Below the pieces are notes generated by a model, which was given only the letters and a program-made list of their open reading frames with translations, ran no database searches and was not told where the DNA came from. A stretch of DNA of 60,721 nt from Bacteroidales bacterium (GTDB taxonomy: Bacteria > Bacteroidota > Bacteroidia > Bacteroidales > UBA1715). Positions 17,865 to 26,488 of this stretch are shown here, piece by piece. Every line of letters begins with the position of its first letter. Positions within the stretch are counted from its first letter, which is position 1. The stretch is taken from assembly GCA_027858745.1 (NCBI GenBank), contig JAQICB010000104.1, forward strand, positions 1 through 60,721, read 5' to 3'. A program made the translations under genes and the position numbers.

Positions 17865-20800
17865 AATTCACATTCTTGAGGTAAATTATCCCAGATATCT
17901 AAGACACTAGCAACATAATCAGTTATAGGGGGGGTCGCATCAGTTGGTCCTGCATTGTGCTTATATGCAACAGAAGCCATCCTTTGCCTATTTGTTGTTA
18001 AATTTAATTGACTAACATCATTAATGGACTTTAAAACACTGGCAACAGTAGCGTTGCGCCCCCTATTATCGGTAAGTATATTTCTTAATGCCTGACCTTG
18101 TTCTTGATTTAGTACAGCACTAGTAATGAAACTTTGACGAACCTCATTGAATAAATTTCCTGAAAATAAATTTGATAAGTTAATTTCTCTAAACATAAGT
18201 TCTTCAAAATTAGTCTGATAAGTAGGATTTGTATCGTTCAAGAAGTTATCTTTCATAGCATCATTTGTTAGGCCTGTCGATCCATTAATAACAGTTCTTA
18301 TGTTTCTGATTAGTTTGGCCGTTTTAAAAATTCTATCTATAAAATCCTCTTCTAATAGTAATACACGTGTAAATCTTTCGCGGTTTGAATAATTAGGCTG
18401 ATTAGGAAATGCTTGATTGCCTCCAAGAGTGTCATTAACCATGGCACTCTTAAAGTCTTCAACTAATTGGTCAAAATCCGCATTATTACTTTGTTCAGCA
18501 ATAGTGCTTGTCATCCCCAATGTATTATTACTGTCAGTATTATAGCTTGTAACTGTTTGTCCGGCCAACGGAAAATTTATAATATAATTATAGTATGCTC
18601 TAAATTCAGCTAACAAGTTGTTTTCAATATTGTCTAGCATATTATCATCAATTCCATATTGAAGTTCTACATCGTTATGAAATGCATTATTAAATTGTAG
18701 CGATCCTACAATATTTGCGCCAATAACTTGGCTTGCTCCAAATGAAGCCGGAATACCACTAGGTGATGTAAATGCTGCCGGAATTTCACCATCGCCAGCA
18801 AATTGCCCTGTTTCATGCTCAACAATAGCAGTGATGTTTTTACACTGTTCCTGTGTAATAACCAAATTATCCACTAAAAGTGATGAAAGGTCATTTTTAG
18901 AATTTGGGTTAATAACAGTGCTCGTTCTATATGACGGAATTTGGAATCTATACCTAGATTCCCCTAATGCACTTATTTGTTCATCAACGTATACTCCAAC
19001 TTCACTTTGAAAATTACGAATAGCCGCTCTAAATCGATATAAAGCCCCATTATCTACATTATTAACATTTGCCGGTGGATATTCATTTATATAATCTTCA
19101 ACATTATAATATCCAAGTTCTACCAACCTTTTCATGTATATAATTACATTACCTCTTAAATTATGAGTACCACTACCATTGTAATTTCCGACACTTCCAT
19201 CTTGTTCATGATTCATATCTCTTATAGGAGCAATATACGGTACTCGTAAAATTCTATGGGTTTCATCATTTGGTTTTACAATACCATTTTGTTCCATACC
19301 TCTTATGGATTTAAAATGATTGATTGCATTTATAGTTTCTTCAATAACATTATCACCTATAGTTTGGTTATTTGCTTCAACCTGCTCCTCTAAATAGTCT
19401 ACCTCACTTAAATATTGTAATTCGAATAGCCTATCTTGTATAGTTCGAACATCAGTTCCGAGATTATTTCCATCTGTGCCTACAGAATCTGTAATAGTAA
19501 ACCAATTACGATTAAACCTGAATGGGTGATTAAATCTTTTAAGTTCACGACTATCTACATCCGCGGTACCAAGAGTATTTGCATTATTATATCTGAATAT
19601 TGTTTCTTCTGCTCTAAACTGGTCAAATGTTCCACCTAACTGATTAAAATTGAAATTCTTTATTGCTGCAATAAGGTTATTTAAAGCTATTGGATTATTA
19701 GCTCTGTTTTCTTCAGTATCTTCTAAGTAACCTAAATACATTAAACGATCTCTCACAGCAGTATGATCTGCCGCGGCATTTCCACCTCCATTGACATCAC
19801 CAACATTTCCGTCAAGTTCAACATCTCCTACTTCAGAAGTTATAGTCACATTTTCTCCTAATTCTTCTCTTATTATAGCTCTTGTTGGTGCTTGATTTAA
19901 GAAACTTAATGGAACGGAATCTATACCAATTTCTGTTAGTTTTATACCCATTGCCATATGCGTAAAGTCAGCTAATGCAATAATAGTTTCTATGATATCT
20001 GTTACATTTTCAACTTGAGTATTTGATTCCGAATCTTGCAGTTCCTCTGCCGGTATAGGGAACCCTAACTGTATTAATCTATCTTGAATCGCCCTAACCT
20101 CACTTTGAATATTGCCACCTGCACCATATTCCAAGCCTACTGTTTGAGTTAAAACGATATTATCTTCAGGACTGTCTGTAGCTTCAATCGGTATATCTCC
20201 TGTTGTATGAATATTTCCTATTGAAGATAACATTAACGTAGAGTCAATTTCTTCGTAGGTCTCATTAGTTAAGCTCCATCCTCTTAGTGTTATTCTATTC
20301 CTAGTTACTTGTTCACCTTCATCTGTTTGCTCTAAGTCTTCAGTTCGTAATCCCATAAAAACATTGTAGTTAGGGGCAAAATTGGTGGTCTTCAATGTTT
20401 CTAAAGCTAAATATTGTGCCCTAGTAAAAACAACAGCATAGAAGTCATCTAGATTAGGGTCTGAAAAACTAACCTGACCACCATTGGGAGCATACTTAAA
20501 TACAGTTCTTGTTGTGGAAGTTCCTGTAATATTTAAAGTATTCTCCGTTAGTGCGTAAGATTGATATCTTTCTCCAAGAATCTCTAAAAACTGTTTGTCC
20601 GTTTTTATTACTTCATCTGAAAGGTTTAGTTTAAGGACTCCATTTTGTACACTTTCAGTCTCACCATATTTTTTCTGGTATAATGGAATAGCAAATAAAG
20701 TAACCAGTTCGTTAGTTAATGAATAGCCTATTTTACCAACAAATATTTCGTTTTTCAAGTTTCGCAAATCGACAAAAGCTTCTGCATGGTAAACAACAGT

Positions 20801-22276
20801 GCCAATACTACCTACTTCGTCCTCAAAAGGTATATCAAAACTAAATGGTAAAAATATGTTATCTAATTCCGTTTCTTCACTTATCGAAAAACCCACCTTA
20901 GGGTAAGGTTTAATACTTTTTTCTCTAAGGTATCTTAGTTTTATATGTGAAGCTAAGGTTGAAGGTGTATTGTTTAGGTCTTCTATATTCAGAATACCCA
21001 ATGAAATATTATTCCATTTTTTATTGATTTTATCTAAATCGCCTGTTTTAGGTTCTAGAAATTTTTCACCCTCAATTAATTTGTCCGGAAAACTATTAAA
21101 TGTTATCGCTTGTGAATAAAAAAGTAATGGGGATTGATCTTCATCCTCTAATGGTAGTGACAATATAATCTTATTCTTACTCGTCGTATTTGTTCCAGAA
21201 AAATCGCTTGCCTTAATACAAAAATAAGGCCAACCTGTTTCATAGAAATTTTTATCTTGTTCACCTTGTTCATTAAGGTCAACTTTAATCGAATTGTTTA
21301 GATGAGTTCCATAGTTCAAATAATAATTAAATGACAAATTATGCTCATTTCTTATATCTATATATACTTTGTTATAATTCAGAAACCTTCTAAAATCTAA
21401 ATCCTCACCATAAAGTAATTTATTATATAATTCTAAGCCTTTTAGATTGTCTGTTTTTAGTAAATCAGCATTTTTCTTTGTTTTTAATACAGTATTATAA
21501 AATGAACCAAAGTAAGCCGCAGGATCAATATAATTAAGAACTTCTTCTTTGCTATGCCAATGTTTAAATTCTTGAATAATTGTTGGATTTTCTGGTAATT
21601 TATCTACTTCAATAATATGATCTAAACTTCTTACAATCTCAAGAGTTGGTTCATATGATATGTTTTCAATAACTATTTCTAAACCAAAAGAGTTAGGATC
21701 AAATTCACCTATTTCCCATCCTCTTTTAACAACAGGTAACATGAAATTTTCATCAATTCGGTTAAAAATTTTTGACAATTTATCAGTATTATAAAGTAAA
21801 TATGGATCATCAAAATCCAAAGGAATGTCACTATCATCAATTTCTCGTAGGTGTAACCCTAAAGCTTCGATTCCAGGACTTAAATCTTTTTCATTTGTAG
21901 CGTTATAAATCTCCTGTGATTTCCATATAGTTGTTGTCAAATCATTAGTTGCTTTAGCAGCTACGATATCTCCATTTATCAATGATTCCTTTTTTACTCC
22001 TCTATAAATAAAATACTTTATAGGCATTTCAAAAGTCTCAGAGTGCTCAATAGGTTTAATAATTAAATTCAATAGGTTATCATCTACCTTTTGGGCAAAA
22101 AGAATTCCACTTGTAATCGCATAAGCTTTGGGGTTCACGTTAAGGTCTACACTTGTATGTAAGCTGCAAGCCCTAAAGAAATCTTTTGTGTCACCTGCTA
22201 GTGCAGGAATAGAGCCAAATTGCTTATCTTCTTGTTTTAATAAGTCGTAGTTTGTGAAAAAATGAAATTTTGCCAT
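17861..22276 (-). CDS. 1471-aa multidomain protein: unknown N-terminal ~700 aa, four peptidoglycan-binding repeats, C-terminal lysozyme/lytic-transglycosylase-like domain
   Basis: Four repeats of SVG..G.N...(D/E)V..IQ.RL..LGY...AI..F (about 18945-20155); SLT-like motifs AIVEHETG, SFGASQV, AYKHNAGP, DYVASVL. Confidence 0.75.
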   Translation of the reverse strand: MAKFHFFTNYDLLKQEDKQFGSIPALAGDTKDFFRACSLHTSVDLNVNPKAYAITSGILFAQKVDDNLLNLIIKPIEHSETFEMPIKYFIYRGVKKESLINGDIVAAKATNDLTTTIWKSQEIYNATNEKDLSPGIEALGLHLREIDDSDIPLDFDDPYLLYNTDKLSKIFNRIDENFMLPVVKRGWEIGEFDPNSFGLEIVIENISYEPTLEIVRSLDHIIEVDKLPENPTIIQEFKHWHSKEEVLNYIDPAAYFGSFYNTVLKTKKNADLLKTDNLKGLELYNKLLYGEDLDFRRFLNYNKVYIDIRNEHNLSFNYYLNYGTHLNNSIKVDLNEQGEQDKNFYETGWPYFCIKASDFSGTNTTSKNKIILSLPLEDEDQSPLLFYSQAITFNSFPDKLIEGEKFLEPKTGDLDKINKKWNNISLGILNIEDLNNTPSTLASHIKLRYLREKSIKPYPKVGFSISEETELDNIFLPFSFDIPFEDEVGSIGTVVYHAEAFVDLRNLKNEIFVGKIGYSLTNELVTLFAIPLYQKKYGETESVQNGVLKLNLSDEVIKTDKQFLEILGERYQSYALTENTLNITGTSTTRTVFKYAPNGGQVSFSDPNLDDFYAVVFTRAQYLALETLKTTNFAPNYNVFMGLRTEDLEQTDEGEQVTRNRITLRGWSLTNETYEEIDSTLMLSSIGNIHTTGDIPIEATDSPEDNIVLTQTVGLEYGAGGNIQSEVRAIQDRLIQLGFPIPAEELQDSESNTQVENVTDIIETIIALADFTHMAMGIKLTEIGIDSVPLSFLNQAPTRAIIREELGENVTITSEVGDVELDGNVGDVNGGGNAAADHTAVRDRLMYLGYLEDTEENRANNPIALNNLIAAIKNFNFNQLGGTFDQFRAEETIFRYNNANTLGTADVDSRELKRFNHPFRFNRNWFTITDSVGTDGNNLGTDVRTIQDRLFELQYLSEVDYLEEQVEANNQTIGDNVIEETINAINHFKSIRGMEQNGIVKPNDETHRILRVPYIAPIRDMNHEQDGSVGNYNGSGTHNLRGNVIIYMKRLVELGYYNVEDYINEYPPANVNNVDNGALYRFRAAIRNFQSEVGVYVDEQISALGESRYRFQIPSYRTSTVINPNSKNDLSSLLVDNLVITQEQCKNITAIVEHETGQFAGDGEIPAAFTSPSGIPASFGASQVIGANIVGSLQFNNAFHNDVELQYGIDDNMLDNIENNLLAEFRAYYNYIINFPLAGQTVTSYNTDSNNTLGMTSTIAEQSNNADFDQLVEDFKSAMVNDTLGGNQAFPNQPNYSNRERFTRVLLLEEDFIDRIFKTAKLIRNIRTVINGSTGLTNDAMKDNFLNDTNPTYQTNFEELMFREINLSNLFSGNLFNEVRQSFITSAVLNQEQGQALRNILTDNRGRNATVASVLKSINDVSQLNLTTNRQRMASVAYKHNAGPTDATPPITDYVASVLDIWDNLPQECEL

Positions 22277-22340
22277 CTTGTATTTGTGTTAATAGGTGTC
22301 GTGTAATTCTTTACGTATTTCTACTTGCAATTATTATACC

Positions 22341-22835
22341 TTAAATTTTATTCTGCATATCTGCAATCATTTTATGCTTGTTTGCACTGCCTTGAGAAGA
22401 CCCAAAATAGTAGCTATAAATTTGCGTTAAAATAGCACTGAGTACACCCAGTATATATAGCACAATGTCTTTTACACTTTGGTCGAAAACATCTTTTTTA
22501 AATATTACAAAATAAAATAGAGTAAAGGCAATTGCTGTTGTTGCAAGTGCAAGGATAGGAGATACGTTTTTTGCGAGTTTTGAAGCATGTTCGCTTGTTT
22601 GTACAGCTGTTCCAAGTTTGCGAGCACTATCAACATCTTGATAATACAATTGCTTTTCTTCAACCGTAAGCTTTTGCATTTCTAATTGGTAGTTTTGCTC
22701 TGATTTTTCTAACTCATTATTGAGTTGCAGTTTTTCTTCTTTAGTAGTTGTTACATTGTCTACCACTTTTCCTACAGAATCTATAAGGTCTGAAGCTTCT
22801 GAAGAAAATATTTTTGCTAGTATGTTTGCTGCCAT
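22341..22835 (-). CDS. Holin (GTA_holin_3TM-like)
   Basis: N-terminal IDSVGKVVDNVTTTKEEK, short coiled coil, DVDSAR, two hydrophobic helices and the YYFGSSQGS signature; near a muramidase gene. Confidence 0.8.
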   Translation of the reverse strand: MAANILAKIFSSEASDLIDSVGKVVDNVTTTKEEKLQLNNELEKSEQNYQLEMQKLTVEEKQLYYQDVDSARKLGTAVQTSEHASKLAKNVSPILALATTAIAFTLFYFVIFKKDVFDQSVKDIVLYILGVLSAILTQIYSYYFGSSQGSANKHKMIADMQNKI

Positions 22836-22842
22836 GGTTTTG

Positions 22843-23118
22843 TTAGTTTATGTAATTTATAATTACAGAAGCTTTAGCAAGTTGTATTGCATATTTTACT
22901 TCTGAAGCCTTACTAATTTCTTTTGCTGTTTTAAGTCTTGTCCTAAGTGTTTTTAATGCATTTTCTCGTTTGGTTTCTTCATTAAAATTGACTATCCATG
23001 CAGTTGTTAAAGAGTCAATTTTATACCAATTATGCTCTTCTAAAAAATTATAGAATTCATTTCTGATAGTATTGTTAGAATTAGGTAAGTCTAATGTTAT
23101 TAATGCTTTGTATCCCAT
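22843..23118 (-). CDS. Small protein, possible Cas2/VapD/GhoS-like ferredoxin fold
   Basis: ALITLDL-x7-RNEFYNFLEEHNW.KI.SLTTAW resembles the beta1(Asp)-helix-beta2-beta3 pattern of Cas2-like proteins; 91 aa. Confidence 0.5.
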   Translation of the reverse strand: MGYKALITLDLPNSNNTIRNEFYNFLEEHNWYKIDSLTTAWIVNFNEETKRENALKTLRTRLKTAKEISKASEVKYAIQLAKASVIINYIN

Positions 23119-23135
23119 GATTTTATTTTTTCTTG

Positions 23136-23348
23136 TTATAGCTCTATTGTTACATATTGTTTCCCGATTCTAATTATGCTTTTGACACTATCAAAATTTA
23201 AAGATTGTGCAACTATTGTTAATTGTGTCTTTTTTTGTTTTGCCAGTCTAGCAAAACTTATTAAATCATCTACACTGTAAGTGTCGTGTACTTTAATATT
23301 ACCACCTAATCTTATGAATGCCTTTATTGAATCTACTGTAAATGCCAT
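23136..23348 (-). CDS. 70-aa hypothetical protein with three internal helix-strand repeats
   Basis: FTVDSIKAFIRLG / YSVDDLISFARLA / LNFDSVKSIIRIG; fits the operon spacing. Confidence 0.7.
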   Translation of the reverse strand: MAFTVDSIKAFIRLGGNIKVHDTYSVDDLISFARLAKQKKTQLTIVAQSLNFDSVKSIIRIGKQYVTIEL

Positions 23349-23425
23349 GCTTTTTTTGTGTTAATGATGTATTCTAAGCGGAGCCGAAGTCCTGCTACCT
23401 ATTCTATTGTTATATAAATTAAGAT

Positions 23426-23956
23426 CTATTCTCCAATAGCTCTTCGTACCCACCCATAAAAGTATTTTCTACTTTTAGAACGGTTTTTAACTATATGTAT
23501 ATAGCGACTAATTTTTGCGAGAGTAAATTTTGCAATAAATAGCTCTTGGTTATACCCATTAATAGCAGCTATAGATTTTGGTCCAATAATGCCATCGGCT
23601 GTTGCTCCAACAACCATTTGAGCAAGTGAAGCACTCGTTTTTGCTCCAGCGTTAACAGCAAAGTCGAAAATAGAGGTTGCAATATCTTGGTCGGTAATGT
23701 CGTCACCTTTTACTCTATCCCAAAAATTACCTTCATAGAAAGATTTAATCATTTCTTGCAACTCAGAGTCTCCGTCCAAATTTTTGGGGAAACTAGATTT
23801 TTGTTTGAGTAAATCCACATTTGTCCAACCTTCCCATTTCGGGAAGTACTTACGAGTTACACCTTTGTAGGTCTCACCTCCTGGATCGTCGGGATCGTTT
23901 ACATAACCACCTTCATTTACAAGTACGTGATTGTATGCTAATGTATAATCAGCCAT
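23426..23956 (-). CDS. Glycoside hydrolase family 108 muramidase (endolysin; TtsA/ZliS-like) with PG_binding_3-like C-terminus
   Basis: EGGYVNDPDDPGGETYKGVT catalytic motif, FDFAVNAG, ADGIIGPKS, KYFYGWVRR; no signal peptide. Confidence 0.92.
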   Translation of the reverse strand: MADYTLAYNHVLVNEGGYVNDPDDPGGETYKGVTRKYFPKWEGWTNVDLLKQKSSFPKNLDGDSELQEMIKSFYEGNFWDRVKGDDITDQDIATSIFDFAVNAGAKTSASLAQMVVGATADGIIGPKSIAAINGYNQELFIAKFTLAKISRYIHIVKNRSKSRKYFYGWVRRAIGE

Positions 23957-24747
23957 AATAAAATAAATTTATATTGATAATTTGAAGGTTACCGTCTCTA
24001 TGCAACCTTTTGCTTCAACTGCACGTGTAGAAATGTTTTGTGGCGTCTCTACTTTTAATCTTTCGTAGAATAAAATTACAAAAAATATTTTTACAGATTG
24101 TGTTTCGTATGTTAAAAAATTAATAATAAATCAATATTAAAACTTAATGCTTTGATTTAAAGTAGAATGTGTTCCTGTTTTGCTTTACAAGAAGTGTCAT
24201 ATTCCATTTTGAGAAATTGTCAATACTATTTGTGTAATTATATACCTCATGCTTTCAATATTCTTCTTTCTTGCGTCTTGCAAGAAAAAATTCCTTCAGT
24301 GCAAAGCCATAACAAAAGCTTGATATCTCTAAATTATTATATAAATATGCTTAAAAGCCGTATTCGAGATATTATTTAGACTGCTTTTTAGAGCTTTTTT
24401 ATGCTTTAAGACATTATGAGAATATATTTAGACCATGTTTAGAGTATATTTTACTTGCTTTTTTAAGCTTTGCCATTTTTGAAGGGTATATGTAGAGTAC
24501 TTTGAGAGTGCTTCTTAATTTATGAAGACCGCTTTTTCATATTTTGCAGTAAAATGCTGATATTTTAGTGTGCTTTCAATATTGAGAATATATTATTGTT
24601 CCTCTTTCTTAAACTTTTACATTTATGAAGATAATATTTAGTTTGTTTTTGTATATAGCTACTATAGAGTAAGACAAATGACAGTATCGATACTTCAAAT
24701 ATTTTTTTAATAGATATAGAGCATTTGTGTTTTCTTTTAGAAAAATA

Positions 24748-24804
24748 TTAGTAATTATTTGAGAATACCCCCGAAATTAGGTACTTTTCTCGAAAAATTA
24801 CTAA
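24748..24804. promoter_or_regulatory. 18-bp inverted repeat, probable AbiEi autoregulatory operator
   Basis: TTAGTAATTATTTGAGAA (24748-24765) and TTCTCGAAAAATTACTAA (24787-24804) match at 16/18 positions; the repeat ends 1 nt before the abiEi ATG. Confidence 0.7.
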
Positions 24805-24805
24805 G

Positions 24806-25597
24806 ATGAGTGTTTCGGAATATATTAAACAGTTACTATCACAGGAGGTGTATTCATTTTCATTAGATGAAGTTCGCTCCGAAATAGGTAAAGCAGAACA
24901 ACCATTAAAGAAAGAATTAGAACGCATAGTAGAAAAAGGAGAAATAGTGAATCTTCGCAAGGGATTTTATTTAATAATAACCCCAAGGTACTCTTCGGTA
25001 AAGAAGCTTCCAATTCAACTGTATTGTGAAAAGCTATTTGAATATTTAGCTAGAAACTATTATATAGGTTTATTTACAGCAGCAAAGTTTCATGGAGCAA
25101 GTCACCAACAAGTACAACGAGATTATATTATTACAGAAACGCCAAAGTTTAATAATATTACAAAAAGCAATATTTATATTAAATTTTTTACTTCTAGTAA
25201 TTGGAGCGAAAAGAATATTCAGTTAAAAAAATCAGATGCAGGAATCTATAAAATTTCAAGTCCAGCTTTAACTATAGTCGATTTAATTCATTATCAAACA
25301 AAATTAGGCGGAATAAATAGAATGTTCGCAACAATAGAGGAGCTAACTGAAGAGGTGACTCTTTCTGACTTAGAAGAATTGTTAGCTTGGTATTCGAATA
25401 AAAGTACGCTACAAAGGTTTGGTTTCCTGTTGGAACAACTAGAGTTGAGAAAAGAATTACAGAATATGATCTACAATAAATTAAATACAGAAAAGTACTT
25501 TCCTGTATTACTATCTCCAAAAACAGAAAAAAAGGCAGGAGCTGTAAAAAATAAATGGAAAGTAGATGTTAATGTGAAATTAGAAAGTGATTTATGA
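24806..25597 (+). CDS. abiEi: Type IV toxin-antitoxin antitoxin, AbiEi family
   Basis: N-terminal wHTH (LRKGFYLI), YYIGLFTAAKFHGASHQ, SSPALTIVDL, QRFGFLLE; overlaps the downstream toxin by ATGA. Confidence 0.88.
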   Translation: MSVSEYIKQLLSQEVYSFSLDEVRSEIGKAEQPLKKELERIVEKGEIVNLRKGFYLIITPRYSSVKKLPIQLYCEKLFEYLARNYYIGLFTAAKFHGASHQQVQRDYIITETPKFNNITKSNIYIKFFTSSNWSEKNIQLKKSDAGIYKISSPALTIVDLIHYQTKLGGINRMFATIEELTEEVTLSDLEELLAWYSNKSTLQRFGFLLEQLELRKELQNMIYNKLNTEKYFPVLLSPKTEKKAGAVKNKWKVDVNVKLESDL

Positions 25598-26385
25598 TAC
25601 CCAAACCTTATATAGCAAAGTGGCAGAAATATGCTCCTTGGAAAGAATTTTCTCAAGTGGAACAAGATCTAATTATTTCAAGAGCACTCGTTGAAATATT
25701 TTCAGATGAATTTTTGAGGGAAAATCTAGCATTTAGAGGAGGGACGGCTTTACATAAATTATATTTGAATCCAGCTCCCCGATACTCTGAAGACATTGAT
25801 TTAGTACAAGTCAAGCCTGGTCCCATTAAACCAATAATGAAACGAATTGGTGAGGTTGTTACATTTTTTGAAGAAAAAAGAACGACACAAGTCCGTGGGC
25901 ATGGAGCAAAAGCTTTATACCGTTTTACTTCGGAGTACGAAGAAATTAGAATGCGATTGAAATTAGAAATTAACTGCAAGGAGCATTTCAATGTATTAGA
26001 TTGGGTTGATTTTCCTTTTAAAATTGAAAGTGAATGGTTTTCGGGAGAAGCTCAAATTAAGACATATAGCATTAATGAACTATTGGGAACGAAACTACGA
26101 GCATTATATCAAAGAAGTAAAGGGAGAGATTTGTTCGATTTAGATTATGCTCGATTACATTTAGATCTTGATATTGAGCAGATAATTCAGTGCTTTAAAG
26201 AATATACACAGTTTGCAACAGGAAAACGTCCGCCAAGTAAGAAGGAGTTTTTACTAAATATAGAAGAAAAAGAAAAAAGTCCAGAATTTACAGGGGATAT
26301 GGAAGCCCTTTTGCGACCAGAAATAAGGTATAACCAAAGTGAAGCCTTTGAATGGTTGAAAACAGAATTAATAGAACAGATATAA
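25594..26385 (+). CDS. abiEii: Nucleotidyltransferase toxin, AbiEii/AbiGii family
   Basis: VEQDLIIS, LAFRGGTALHKLY, RYSEDIDL, KLRALYQRSKGRDLFDL motifs. Confidence 0.92.
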   Translation: MIPKPYIAKWQKYAPWKEFSQVEQDLIISRALVEIFSDEFLRENLAFRGGTALHKLYLNPAPRYSEDIDLVQVKPGPIKPIMKRIGEVVTFFEEKRTTQVRGHGAKALYRFTSEYEEIRMRLKLEINCKEHFNVLDWVDFPFKIESEWFSGEAQIKTYSINELLGTKLRALYQRSKGRDLFDLDYARLHLDLDIEQIIQCFKEYTQFATGKRPPSKKEFLLNIEEKEKSPEFTGDMEALLRPEIRYNQSEAFEWLKTELIEQI

Positions 26386-26488
26386 GAAACAGCAAAAAAT
26401 AATTAAAAAAGACAAAATAGGAACAAAACTAAATAATTCTAAATTAAACAATCCAAACTCAATATTTCAATAGCTATAGGTTTGTTGC

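Noticed and set aside
4991-22276. Known contractile system (T6SS-iii, eCIS/BIS) or Tc/RHS toxin
   Set aside because: No sheath, Hcp/tube, VgrG, PAAR, baseplate J or AAA ATPase motifs, and no YD repeats, RHS core signature or SpvB-like start were seen.
24167-24379. 70-aa plus-strand ORF in the control region
   Set aside because: Cys-rich, low-plausibility composition and no recognisable motif; probably non-coding.
22843-24805. CRISPR-Cas locus suggested by the Cas2-like ORF and the long AT-rich spacer
   Set aside because: No repeat-spacer array of constant repeat length and no cas1 or effector genes were found by eye.
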